A DNA stretch of 64,000 nucleotides from Acidimicrobiales bacterium (GCA_963422655.1 OY730440.1:2041442-2105441), one strand, 5' to 3'. Positions 27,508-37,211 are shown, numbered from the stretch's first letter. Numbers and translations: made by a program. The notes: generated by a model from the sequence alone, not told the origin.

Positions 27508-29096
27508 CCCGGACCCACCCGATGTCGGCCCGGGCAGTGGCAGTGCTGGTCCCGCTGCTGGTGGCCGCACTGTCGGCTGCGGCCTGTGACGGTCGCAGCA
27601 ACGTGGAAGGTCAGGGTCCTGCGGTAACCGGCGTGGCCTCTCCGGGTACCGTAAGTCCCCCCGACAATGGTCGGGTCGACAACCCGGCCTCGACCGGTGG
27701 GGTCGGCCCGCGTCCGGCGAGGATCGACCCGGTCGACTGTCCCTTGGAGTTGGCCGCCCCGAGCCTGTCTTGTGCTCTGGCCGAAGTGCCCATCGACAGG
27801 AATGACCCCTCCTCTGGCACCACTTGGATAAGCCTCGCCGTCTTCGAGGGCGCCGACCCCGATTCCGTTGCACCCTTGGCTGTGCTCCAAGGCGGACCGG
27901 GGGGTGCCAGTACCGATCTCGTCTTTCTCTACCCCCGCCAGCCGTACCCACAGATCCTCATCGACCAGCGAGGCACCGGGTTCGGTTCCACCGACCTCGA
28001 CTGTCCCGAGTTCGAAGAGGTGCTGCCCGAGGTTCTGGCCGCCACCAGCGCGGATGCTGTGGCCTTGGAGCAGGCCGCCTCCCAGGCTTGCGGGAACCGG
28101 CTGGAAGGCGACTCGGTGGCGACGCACACCAACTCCCGGGCCCACGCCGCCGACGCGGCCGAGGTCATGGCCGGACTGGGATATGACCGCTGGTTCGCTT
28201 ACGGAGTCAGCTACGGAACTACCATCGCCTTGGAGTTGGCGCGCGACCGGCCTCAAGGCTTGGTCGGGGTCGTGCTCGACGGTGTCTATCCGCCCGACCT
28301 CGACATTGACACGGCCCTGGCTACCTCGGCCGCCTCTTCGTTGGAGAGGCTTGATGCCGCTTGCGCCGCTGATCGATCTTGCCGGGCCATTCTGGCCGAC
28401 GTTGACGAAACTCTGACCGATTTGATGGCCCGGCTCGATGATCAGCCCTTGGTCGTGAGCGTCGATGCCGCCCCGGTCGGGCTGGGATCCGATGTCGACG
28501 TGCTGATCGATGGCTACACAGTGGCCCATCTGGTGTTCCTGCTCTCCTACGACAGCTTCACGATCGGTATGATCCCCGGTGTTCTCGAGGGCCTCGATCG
28601 AGGCGACAACGTGGCCCCATGGTTGGGAGCGGCCTTGGTCAACCTGTCGGTTTTCAATACCCGCTCCAATGCCGAGGGGACCTACCTGGCCGTGCAGTGC
28701 GCCGAGCGTTTGCCTCTGGCTTCAGGCGTGCCCGGCGGTATCGGCGACTACGAGGCGGCCATTGCCGGGTCGGGCCTGGCCGGTCTGTGTGACGATTGGG
28801 ACTGGATCCCTCCCACCGAAGCGGCGGGCCCTGTCGTCAGCGACCTGCCCGTGTTGTTGCTGTCCGGCCGCTTCGATCCCATCACCCCGTCCCTGTATGC
28901 CGAGCGGGCCGCTGCCACCCTGGCCAACTCCACCGTTGTGGTCCGCGACGGTAAAGGCCACGGGGTATGGGGTCATGACTCCTGCATCGGCGGCATCGTC
29001 GACGACTTTCTGACCGACCCGAGTGCCGAGATCGATGTCTCCTGCGCTCTGGAACCAGTCCCGATGAACTGGGCGGAGAGAGGCAGCTTCGATTAG
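27504..29096 (+). CDS. Secreted lipoprotein, alpha/beta hydrolase (tripeptidyl-aminopeptidase / S33-like)
   Basis: Lipobox LSAAAC. LQGGPGGAS, QRGTGFGS, and the nucleophile elbow YGVSYGT. Confidence 0.75.
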   Translation: MTRTHPMSARAVAVLVPLLVAALSAAACDGRSNVEGQGPAVTGVASPGTVSPPDNGRVDNPASTGGVGPRPARIDPVDCPLELAAPSLSCALAEVPIDRNDPSSGTTWISLAVFEGADPDSVAPLAVLQGGPGGASTDLVFLYPRQPYPQILIDQRGTGFGSTDLDCPEFEEVLPEVLAATSADAVALEQAASQACGNRLEGDSVATHTNSRAHAADAAEVMAGLGYDRWFAYGVSYGTTIALELARDRPQGLVGVVLDGVYPPDLDIDTALATSAASSLERLDAACAADRSCRAILADVDETLTDLMARLDDQPLVVSVDAAPVGLGSDVDVLIDGYTVAHLVFLLSYDSFTIGMIPGVLEGLDRGDNVAPWLGAALVNLSVFNTRSNAEGTYLAVQCAERLPLASGVPGGIGDYEAAIAGSGLAGLCDDWDWIPPTEAAGPVVSDLPVLLLSGRFDPITPSLYAERAAATLANSTVVVRDGKGHGVWGHDSCIGGIVDDFLTDPSAEIDVSCALEPVPMNWAERGSFD

Positions 29097-29211
29097 TGAT
29101 GTTCGTGGAATCGGCGATGTTTGTGCCCGGCCATGCCAGCCGGGCGAGAGCGATGTAGCTTCGATTGGTGATGACCGTGGAATCAGCGACGCAGCCGGGG
29201 AGCAACGAACC

Positions 29212-30003
29212 GTGATCTTGGCCGGCCGGACAGTTCTGATCGTGGGTACGGGGCCGGGTCTGGGCCGCAGTTGCGCCCGGCTCGCCCATCGCGACGGCGC
29301 CAATGTCGTAGTGATGGCCCGCAACACCGAGCGCTTGGCTGAGCTGGCCGCGGAGCTCGATCCTACCGGGGAGCGGGTGTCGGCCCAATCCGGTGACATC
29401 TGCGACCAAGCCGGCTGCGAAACGGCGGCGACCCACGCCGTGGAGCGGTTCGGCGCCCTTCACGCCGTGATCAACGTTGCCGCCCTCGACAGCCGGTTCG
29501 GACCCTTCGAACAGCTCGACGACGACGACTGGAAGGCCAACCTCGAGGTCAACGTCATCGGGGTGCTGCACGTAGTCCGGGCGGCGGCACCGCACCTGAG
29601 AACCGCCGGTGGCGGGTCGATCGTTCTCATCGGGTCTCAAGCGTCGCTGCGCCCGGTGTCGGTACTGCCCCAGAGCGCCTACGGGGCAGCCAAGGCGGCG
29701 ATGCTGTCGGCGGCTCGGGACTTGGCCACCGAGCTGGGGCCTTCGGGGATCCGGGTCAACACCGTCGTTCCCTCTTGGATGTGGGGGCCCAACGTGGAGT
29801 TATATTGCCAGTGGCAGGCCGGCGAGCGGGGGATCACCCCCGATGAGGTCAAGGGCGAGATCGAGGAGAACATGGCCCTGCGGGAGATGCCCACCGACGC
29901 CGACGTGGCCGAGGCTGCCATCTTTTTGGCCTCGGAGCGAGCCCGCATGATCACGGGCCAGACCTTGGTCGTCAACGCGGGCGAGTTCTACCCCGTCGCC
30001 TGA
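29212..30003 (+). CDS. SDR family oxidoreductase
   Basis: LIVGTGPGLGRSCARL (Rossmann), YGAAKAA (YxxxK). Confidence 0.8.
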   Translation: MILAGRTVLIVGTGPGLGRSCARLAHRDGANVVVMARNTERLAELAAELDPTGERVSAQSGDICDQAGCETAATHAVERFGALHAVINVAALDSRFGPFEQLDDDDWKANLEVNVIGVLHVVRAAAPHLRTAGGGSIVLIGSQASLRPVSVLPQSAYGAAKAAMLSAARDLATELGPSGIRVNTVVPSWMWGPNVELYCQWQAGERGITPDEVKGEIEENMALREMPTDADVAEAAIFLASERARMITGQTLVVNAGEFYPVA

Positions 30004-30028
30004 GCCACCGGGTTGCAGGCCGAGATCG

Positions 30029-30805
30029 ATGACGGTGACCACCCCCCGGGAAGAGCTCGGTGCTCTGCTCAGCGCCGACAACCCGGCGCCGGGACTGTGG
30101 GCGGCCGTCGACAGCGGTCTGATGGCCGAGCTGGTGCCCGAGATGCTGGCTCTGGCCATGGAGCAGGACCCCATCCATCGCCACAAGGACGTGCTCGCCC
30201 ATACCATCGCAGTGGTGGCAAAGTCCCCCAACGATCTGGTCGTTCGTCTGGCCGCGCTGTTCCACGACATCGGCAAGCCCCGAACCCGCAGCTACGATCA
30301 CGGCGGTGTGACCTTCCGCCACCATGAGGCGGTGGGGGCCCGTATGACCCGCAAGCGACTGCAGTCCCTGGATTTCGACGACCGTACCGTTGACGATGTC
30401 AGCGAGCTGGTCCGGTTGTCGGGCCGGTTCAAGGGTTACGCCGAAGGCTGGAGCGACTCGGCCGTTCGCCGCTACGCTCGAGCCGCCGGCCCCCTGCTCG
30501 GTCGCCTCAACCAACTCGTGCGGTCGGACTGCACCACCCGTCACCGGCACAAAGAGGCCGATCTCCACCGTCAGATCGATGATCTAGAACACCGCATCGC
30601 TGTTCTGGCCGCGGCCGAGCGCGAGGCTTCGCAACGGCCCCAGATCGACGGCGATGCCGTCATGGCCCATCTGGGGATCGGACCGGGCCCTCGGGTGGGG
30701 GCGGCCCTGGTCTGGCTGCTCGAGCTGAAGCGAGCCGAGGGCCCGGTTCCCGAAAGCGAACTCTACGCCCGGTTGGACCAGTGGTGGGCTGAAAACTCTG
30801 TTTGA
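30029..30805 (+). CDS. HD-domain protein resembling the C-terminal half of actinobacterial CCA-adding enzyme / poly(A) polymerase
   Basis: HRHKDVLAHT...LAALFHDIGKP...FRHHEAVGARM. No nucleotidyltransferase head domain is encoded upstream. Confidence 0.6.
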   Translation: MTVTTPREELGALLSADNPAPGLWAAVDSGLMAELVPEMLALAMEQDPIHRHKDVLAHTIAVVAKSPNDLVVRLAALFHDIGKPRTRSYDHGGVTFRHHEAVGARMTRKRLQSLDFDDRTVDDVSELVRLSGRFKGYAEGWSDSAVRRYARAAGPLLGRLNQLVRSDCTTRHRHKEADLHRQIDDLEHRIAVLAAAEREASQRPQIDGDAVMAHLGIGPGPRVGAALVWLLELKRAEGPVPESELYARLDQWWAENSV

Positions 30806-30947
30806 GCCATCGGACACTGCCCGCCGATAAGCCGACCGAGCTGGACCAGTGGTGGGTCGAAATCTGCTCTTAACCCTGTATGGCAGCAGCCGGATCCGTC
30901 GGTAGGCTCCGCCGGAATCCGAACTATTCGAAACCAATGGAGGCGCT

Positions 30948-31961
30948 ATGACCTATCGAGCCGAGTACCTCTGGATCGACGGCACTGAACCGACCCGAGA
31001 GGTTCGGTCCAAAACCCGAGTCCTGCAAGACGGCCAGAAACCTGTCACTTGGGGGTTCGACGGCTCCAGTACCAATCAGGCCACCGGCGGCGACTCCGAT
31101 GTGGTACTGGAACCGGTCTTCGAGTGCCCGGACCCGATTCGGGGCGGCGACAACATTTTGGTTCTGTGCGAGACTCAGATGCCGTCCGACTTAACGGCCC
31201 ACCCGACCAACACCCGGGCCGCAGCCACGGCCGTATTGGACAAGTATCGTGACCAAGAGCCGCTGTTCGGCCTCGAGCAGGAGTACACGCTGCTCGACCC
31301 GGCCACGGGCTGGCCGGCCGGTTTTCCCCAGGGTGGCTACCCGGCTCCCCAGGGGCCCTATTATTGCGGGGTGGGGGCGGTGAAGATCCATGGTCGCAGC
31401 CTCATCGAGGACCACACCACCGCCTGCATCGAGGCCGGGTTGGCGATATCGGGTACCAATGCCGAGGTCATGCCCGGCCAGTGGGAGTTCCAGATCGGCC
31501 CACTTGACACGGTGGCGGTTGCCGACCATCTCTGGGTGGCCCGTTACATCCTCTTCCGGCTGGCCGAGGAACACTGTGTGGAAGTGAGCGTCGAAGCCAA
31601 GCCGATGCGAGGCGATTGGAACGGCGCCGGTATGCACACCAACTTCTCGACCAAGGCCATGCGGGAGAACTACGACTCCATTATCGCGGCTTGCGAGGCG
31701 CTGGGACGGCCCGACCGTTTGGACGCTCATCTGGCCGGCTACGGCGCCGGCATCGAGACGCGACTGACCGGTGAGCACGAGACCCAGCGCTATGACCAGT
31801 ACACCTACGCAGTGTCGGATCGGGGTGCCTCGGTGAGAATCCCCTGGCAAGTGGCCAAGGACGGTAAGGGTTACATCGAGGATCGTCGCCCCAACGCCAA
31901 TGCCGACCCCTACGTGGTGACTCAGCTCATGACCAGCACCATCTGCGAGGCGCTGGTCTGA
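30948..31961 (+). CDS. glnII: Glutamine synthetase type II
   Basis: MTYRAEYLWIDGTEPTREVRSKTRV..., 337 aa. EVMPGQWEFQIGP, NGAGMHTNFS, ASVRIP. Confidence 0.9.
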   Translation: MTYRAEYLWIDGTEPTREVRSKTRVLQDGQKPVTWGFDGSSTNQATGGDSDVVLEPVFECPDPIRGGDNILVLCETQMPSDLTAHPTNTRAAATAVLDKYRDQEPLFGLEQEYTLLDPATGWPAGFPQGGYPAPQGPYYCGVGAVKIHGRSLIEDHTTACIEAGLAISGTNAEVMPGQWEFQIGPLDTVAVADHLWVARYILFRLAEEHCVEVSVEAKPMRGDWNGAGMHTNFSTKAMRENYDSIIAACEALGRPDRLDAHLAGYGAGIETRLTGEHETQRYDQYTYAVSDRGASVRIPWQVAKDGKGYIEDRRPNANADPYVVTQLMTSTICEALV

Positions 31962-32003
31962 CACCGAGGGGGCGCCGCTGGCTGTCAATCGCAGGTTCCG
32001 GCC

Positions 32004-33767
32004 ATGGCCGGTGATGCGACGGCCGCTCTGAGGGTGGCGATCTGTCAGGTCAACCCGACCGTTGGTGACTTGGTTGGCAACGTGGCGTTGGCCCGCCGGG
32101 CTGTGGCCGCAGCAACCGCAGCCACAGCCGACGTAGCCGTTCTGCCCGAGTTGGCCATAACCGGCTACCCGCCTGAGGATCTGCTGCTCAAGCCCGGGTT
32201 CGTGGCCGAAGCTGGCACCGCGCTCGAAGACTTTGCCGCCTCCACCGGTCCGGTAGCGGTGGTGATCGGCTTCGTCGACGGCCCCGACCGCTCTGATGAC
32301 GGCCGGACCCGCGCCCTGGCTGTCACCGGCTCCGACGCCAGTCCGGGTGTCTTCAACGCGGCGGCTGTGTGCGCCGACGGCAAAGTGCTCGGCATCTACC
32401 GCAAGCGTCACCTTCCCAACTACGACGTGTTCGACGAGCACCGCCACTTCCGACCCGGCTCCGGACCGTTGGAGCTGTTCGAGATCGCCGGCATTCCTGT
32501 CGGCGTCACCATTTGCGAAGACGCCTGGATCCCCGACGGCCCGGTGACCGAGCTGGCCCGGGGCGGAGCCGCCATCGTGCTCGACATCAACGGCTCCCCT
32601 TTCCGTGAGGCCAAGCAAGCTCGGCGCGAGCAGATGATCGCCCGCCAAGCCGAGCAAGCCGGAGTGCCCATCGTATATGTGAACCTCGTCGGAGGTCAGG
32701 ACGAGCTGGTCTTCGACGGAGGCTCCTTCGTCGTGGGGTCCACCGGTGAGACCCTGGTGCGATGCGCGTCGTTCAGGGAGTCGGTGGACGTGTTCGACGT
32801 GGAGATCGGAAACCCGAGGTCGGGAAATGGCCGGCTCCCGATCACGCCGGTCACCTCTCCGGCTACTCCGGCCCGCAACTTCGTACCGGGCCCGCTCCGG
32901 GAACCACTGGCTCCTAATGCCGAGCGGTGGAATGCCCTGGTTCTGGCCACCCGCGACTATGTGCGCAAGTGCGGGTTCACCGACGTGGGTCTGGGCCTGT
33001 CGGGCGGTGTCGACTCCTCGGTGACTGCCGCCGTCGCTGTCGATGCCCTGGGTCCCGATCGGGTTCACGGCGTGCTCATGCCGTCGCGCTACTCGAGCGA
33101 GCACTCTGTGACCGACGCCGAGAAGGTGGCGGCCAACCTCGGCATCGAGACCCGCACCGTTCCCATCGAACCGGCCCATCGAGCTTTGCTCGGCATGTTC
33201 GGTGGGGCTGTCAGCCCGGGTGAGCTCACCGACCAAAACCTTCAGTCCCGCATACGGGGGGCGGTGCTGATGGCTCTGGCCAACGAGCACGGGTGGTTGG
33301 TGTTGACCACCGGCAACAAGAGCGAAGCCGCTGTCGGCTATTCCACCCTGTACGGGGACACCGCCGGGGCCTTCGCCGTGATCAAGGACGTCTTCAAGAC
33401 CACCGTCTACGAGTTGGGCTGGTGGCGCAACCGGCAGGCGGGCCAGGAGCTCATCCCCGAGACCGTCCTCACCAAAGCTCCTTCGGCCGAGCTCCGCCCC
33501 GACCAGCGTGACGACCAGTCCCTACCCCCCTATGACGTGCTCGACCCCATCTTGGCCCTGTATGTGGATGGCGATCTCACCGGGGCCGAGATCCGGGCCC
33601 GCGCCATCGTCTCCGACCATGTGGCCGAGAAGGTGTGTGGTCTTGTCGATCGGGCCGAATACAAGCGGCGTCAGAGTCCGGTCGGCCCCTGCCTGACCGG
33701 CAAGGCGTTCGGACGCGACCGGCGCATGCCTATCGTGAACCGGTACCACGCCGCCACCGCGCCGTAA
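32004..33767 (+). CDS. nadE: Glutamine-dependent NAD+ synthetase
   Basis: N-terminal CN-hydrolase domain (LPELAITGYPPEDL, ICEDAW). C-terminal PP-loop GLSGGVDSS and LLTTGNKSE. Confidence 0.9.
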   Translation: MAGDATAALRVAICQVNPTVGDLVGNVALARRAVAAATAATADVAVLPELAITGYPPEDLLLKPGFVAEAGTALEDFAASTGPVAVVIGFVDGPDRSDDGRTRALAVTGSDASPGVFNAAAVCADGKVLGIYRKRHLPNYDVFDEHRHFRPGSGPLELFEIAGIPVGVTICEDAWIPDGPVTELARGGAAIVLDINGSPFREAKQARREQMIARQAEQAGVPIVYVNLVGGQDELVFDGGSFVVGSTGETLVRCASFRESVDVFDVEIGNPRSGNGRLPITPVTSPATPARNFVPGPLREPLAPNAERWNALVLATRDYVRKCGFTDVGLGLSGGVDSSVTAAVAVDALGPDRVHGVLMPSRYSSEHSVTDAEKVAANLGIETRTVPIEPAHRALLGMFGGAVSPGELTDQNLQSRIRGAVLMALANEHGWLVLTTGNKSEAAVGYSTLYGDTAGAFAVIKDVFKTTVYELGWWRNRQAGQELIPETVLTKAPSAELRPDQRDDQSLPPYDVLDPILALYVDGDLTGAEIRARAIVSDHVAEKVCGLVDRAEYKRRQSPVGPCLTGKAFGRDRRMPIVNRYHAATAP

Positions 33768-33793
33768 CCCGGGCATCCGGATATCCCGTTCCG

Positions 33794-34369
33794 ATGAACC
33801 AGGGTCTGACCACGATCCAAGCGGCTGAGGTAGTGGGCCGGTTGCGATGGATGGTCGATCGTCTGGCCGAGATCCTCGGGTCATGGGCCGGCGAAGCCGA
33901 TGCCACCGCGGCGGTGTCGCTGGCCACCGTGGCCCGTCACTTGGACTGGCACACCAACGGCCTCGATGGGCTGCAGCCCGATTACGAGGCGGTAAACGCC
34001 GGTTCCCACACCGGCCCGGCCCGGCCCGAGATGGAGGTGGCCCTGGCAGCCATCGGTACCATGACCGGATCGCTTGAACGCCTGGCTGTGACGCACCGGG
34101 TGTTGCTGGAATGGCTATCGACTCAGAGCACCCTTGTCGACGCCGAAACAGCCGATCACTGTGACGCCGCCTTGATCCGAGCTCTGGGGTTTCTGGAAGT
34201 CGACCTTCGGCGTGACCGTCGTGGCGGTGAAGCGCTGCTGCAACGCCTGCTCACCGATGAGGCGGCCACGACCCGGGTCGGTAACGCGGTCACGGCAGCC
34301 CAACGCCATATCGCCGCCGCCGGTGGGGTCTTCCCCGTTGCCTCAGATTCGGGTCGGAGTCGTCGGTGA
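33794..34369 (+). CDS. Hypothetical protein
   Basis: ORF trimmed to ATG 33794, after the nadE stop. No motif recognised. Confidence 0.4.
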   Translation: MNQGLTTIQAAEVVGRLRWMVDRLAEILGSWAGEADATAAVSLATVARHLDWHTNGLDGLQPDYEAVNAGSHTGPARPEMEVALAAIGTMTGSLERLAVTHRVLLEWLSTQSTLVDAETADHCDAALIRALGFLEVDLRRDRRGGEALLQRLLTDEAATTRVGNAVTAAQRHIAAAGGVFPVASDSGRSRR

Positions 34370-34573
34370 GCCCACCATGTCCAACTGCCGGTGGGTCCTC
34401 TGGTGAGGCGGTCGTGGGATGTTCGCGAGCCATTGCATGGCGACAAGATGCTCTGGCTGGTTGTAGCGCATCAATCCGTTGCTATCGTTCTTGGATCACG
34501 GCATGTGGAGGAGGGGAGAATTCCTCTGCAGTCGCACCGGCGCCGGTGACCTGATTATTAGAGTGGGGGGTCT

Positions 34574-35515
34574 GTGGCCAAGGAGCGTATAGAGAGGGAT
34601 GATGAGGACCTTGTCCGGCTCTACCTGACCGATATCGGCCGGTACCCGCTGCTCACCAAGGACGATGAGGTCCGCTTGGCCCAAAAGATCGAAGCCGGTG
34701 TGGCTGCCCGTAACGAGATGGAGAATTCCAGCAATGGATCGCTGACACCGGCTCGCAAGCGTTCGCTGCGCAAAGCTCTTCGCCAAGGCGATGTGTCAGA
34801 ACGCACTTTCGTGCAGTCCAACCTCCGCCTCGTTGTCTCCATTGCCAAGAAGTACCAGGCTTCGGGCCTTCCCCTGCTCGATCTCGTCCAGGAAGGCAAC
34901 CTCGGGCTGATGCACGCCGTCGAGAAGTTCGACTGGCGCAAGGGATTCAAGTTCTCGACCTATGCAACTTGGTGGATACGCCAGGCCATCACCCGCGGTA
35001 TAGCCAACACTGGTCGGACCATCCGGCTACCGGTGCATGCCGGCGACACGCTGGTCCGCCTTCAGAAGGCCCGATCCCGGCTCGAGCTGAAGAACGGACG
35101 GCCCGTCACCTTGGCCGAGCTAGCCGAAGATGCGGACATGTCCGAGGCCAAGGTCGTCGAAGCGCTCCGTTTCGCGTCCGAGCCCATGTCATTGTCGGAA
35201 CCGTTGCGCGATGACGGTGATACCGAGCTGGGTGACGTGGTGGAGGACCGTTCGGCCGAGTCACCCTTCGATGTAGCGGCCACTGCCCTGCTACCTGAGG
35301 AGATTTCTCGACTGCTGTCGCCGCTGGACAAGCGCGAGCGGGATATACTCAAACTTCGTTTCGGTCTCGACCGGGGCGAGCCCCGCACCCTCGAGGAGGT
35401 CGGGGAGTACTTTGATCTGACCCGGGAGCGGATCCGTCAAATCGAAGCCCGGGCCATGTCCAAGCTGCGCCATCCCTCCAGCGATACCGGGGCCCGCGAC
35501 TTGCTCAGCGTGTAG
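34574..35515 (+). CDS. RNA polymerase sigma factor, sigma-70 family group 1/2 (SigA/SigB-like)
   Basis: Region 1.2 YLTDIGRYPLLTKDDE, region 2 NLRLVVSIAKKY...DLVQEGNLGLMHAVEKFD...FSTYATWWIRQAITR, region 4.2 TLEEVGEYFDLTRERIRQIEARAMSKLRHP. Confidence 0.9.
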   Translation: MAKERIERDDEDLVRLYLTDIGRYPLLTKDDEVRLAQKIEAGVAARNEMENSSNGSLTPARKRSLRKALRQGDVSERTFVQSNLRLVVSIAKKYQASGLPLLDLVQEGNLGLMHAVEKFDWRKGFKFSTYATWWIRQAITRGIANTGRTIRLPVHAGDTLVRLQKARSRLELKNGRPVTLAELAEDADMSEAKVVEALRFASEPMSLSEPLRDDGDTELGDVVEDRSAESPFDVAATALLPEEISRLLSPLDKRERDILKLRFGLDRGEPRTLEEVGEYFDLTRERIRQIEARAMSKLRHPSSDTGARDLLSV

Positions 35516-35573
35516 CCCTGCGCCCGGCCGTTCGTCGGGCCGTCGAGCTTCCCTGGTTTGGACTGGGTAATAG

Positions 35574-35666
35574 CGGAGGTGGACGGGAATCGAACCCGCC
35601 GGACGGGGATCACCCGCCCCACCCGCTTTGAAGGCGGGGGAGCCCACCAGGCGCTCGGACACCTCC
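35574..35666 (-). tRNA. selC: tRNA with anticodon UCA and a long variable arm (selenocysteine tRNA candidate)
   Basis: Reverse complement: GGAGGTGTCCGAGCGCCTGGTGGGCTCCCCCGCCTTCAAAGCGGGTGGGGCGGGTGATCCCCGTCCGGCGGGTTCGATTCCCGTCCACCTCCG. 7-bp acceptor stem. Anticodon stem CCCGC/GCGGG with loop CTTCAAA. 6-bp variable-arm stem. GGTTCGATTCC T-loop, where the T stem can be drawn with 6 bp (7+6 = 13). Confidence 0.75.
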
Positions 35667-35821
35667 GATTGTGAGGGTAGCCACCGGGCGGGGCACATTT
35701 GCCTTTTCTTCTGGTTACGCTACCGGTCATGAAGCGACTATTCCTGCTAGCGGTGATCGTGGCGATCGCGGTAGTGCTGGCCCGCAAGATCAAAGAGACC
35801 TGACACTCCCCCCAACCGGTC

Positions 35822-36562
35822 ATGACCGCGGCCGTCACCGGTGTCGAGGGGTTCGCGACTGCCTTGGCGCCGGGGTCTCGGTCGCTTGTTGCCCTTGTGG
35901 GCGGCGGCGGCAAGACCACCCTGCTGTTCGCGCTGGGCCACGGGCTCAGGGGTCGTAGGCTGCTTACGACGACCACCCGCATGGGTCATGACCGCACCGG
36001 CGGATTCCCGACGCTGCTCGACCCGACCATGGCTGAGTTGGTCGCCGGCTTCGACGCCGGTGATGCCGTTGTCGTGTGGAAGTCGCTGGATGGGCACAAG
36101 GCGCTCGGTTTCGATCCGGCTGTGGTGGACCGGTGGTTCGAGGCCGGCGTTGCCGACCATGTAGCAGTGGAAGCCGACGGTGCTCGCCGCCGACCTTTCA
36201 CCGCACCGGCGCCGTGGGAGCCGCCCATCCCGGGCGCGGCCACTTGTGTGGTTGCCTGCATAGGGGCCGACGCGCTCGGGTACGTGATCGCCGACCGGCT
36301 CCACCGGCCTCTGCGGGTGGCGGCCGGGGCGGGCTGTTCGCCCTACGAACGATTTACTCCGGGCCGGGCCGCGGCCGCCCTCACCAGCACTCACGGCATG
36401 AGAAAGAACGTTCCTTGCGGGGCTCGGTTCGTGGTGGCCGTCACCAAGGTCGATCCCGGTGACGATCAGTCCCTTGCCCTGGCCGATGAGCTCGATCGGC
36501 GGGGGGTGGATTCGATCTTGGTCTCCAGGGCCGAAGAGCGGGCCGACTCGACTCTTCGGTAG
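35822..36562 (+). CDS. yqeC: YqeC-like selenium-dependent molybdenum hydroxylase accessory protein
   Basis: SLVALVGGGGKTTLLFALGHGLRGRRLLTTTTRMG matches the YqeC family pattern (GxGGKTT ... TTTT). Confidence 0.65.
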   Translation: MTAAVTGVEGFATALAPGSRSLVALVGGGGKTTLLFALGHGLRGRRLLTTTTRMGHDRTGGFPTLLDPTMAELVAGFDAGDAVVVWKSLDGHKALGFDPAVVDRWFEAGVADHVAVEADGARRRPFTAPAPWEPPIPGAATCVVACIGADALGYVIADRLHRPLRVAAGAGCSPYERFTPGRAAAALTSTHGMRKNVPCGARFVVAVTKVDPGDDQSLALADELDRRGVDSILVSRAEERADSTLR

Positions 36563-36581
36563 CTCTGGTCGCCCCGACCTT

Positions 36582-37148
36582 TCAGTCGCCCCAGCGGTCG
36601 AGGTCGTCCAAGGCGATGTCGAGGTGTTCGAGGGATCGGTGAACCGAATGGGTGACCAGATCGTCGATCGACACCGGACGGGTATAGAAGGCCGGCACCG
36701 GTGGGTAGACGACGGCGCCGATCTCGGCTGCTTGGGTCATGAGTCGGAGGTGGCCCAAGTGCAGGGGCGTCTCGCGCACCATCAGTACCAGTGGGCGGCG
36801 CTCTTTCAGGGTTACGTCGGCGGCCCGGGCCATGAGGTCGGCACCATAGGAGTGGGCCACCGACGAGAGCATCTTGATCGAGCAGGGGGCGATGATCATC
36901 CCCGCGGTGGTGAACGATCCCGACGAGATGGGAGCGGCGATGTCACGACTGGAGTGGACGGCGTCGGCCAAGGCTTCCAGGTCGGCGACTGTTCGGTTGG
37001 TTTCGTAGGCCAGGGTCTGCTTGCCCGGGCCGCTGATGACGAGATGGGTCTCGATGTCGTCGAGGGATCGGAGAGCCTCCAGCGTGCGGATGCCGTAGAT
37101 CACTCCGGTGGCTCCGCTGATGCCCACCACTATGCGCCGCCCCGTCAC
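36582..37148 (-). CDS. ubiX: Flavin prenyltransferase UbiX
   Basis: RIVVGISGATGVIYGIRTLEAL...APISSGSF...MIIAPCSIKMLS...RPLVLMVRETPL. Confidence 0.9.
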   Translation of the reverse strand: MTGRRIVVGISGATGVIYGIRTLEALRSLDDIETHLVISGPGKQTLAYETNRTVADLEALADAVHSSRDIAAPISSGSFTTAGMIIAPCSIKMLSSVAHSYGADLMARAADVTLKERRPLVLMVRETPLHLGHLRLMTQAAEIGAVVYPPVPAFYTRPVSIDDLVTHSVHRSLEHLDIALDDLDRWGD

Positions 37149-37211
37149 CCCCCAACCTTAATAGCTAGTCGAAGAGGTCCATGAAGTTGTCAGCGGAGCG
37201 TGCGAGTATGA

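Noticed and set aside
31191-33290. 699-aa minus-strand ORF
   Set aside because: It is antisense to glnII and nadE, both of which carry unmistakable motifs. It is a typical high-GC shadow ORF with Arg/Gly/Pro-rich low-complexity translation.
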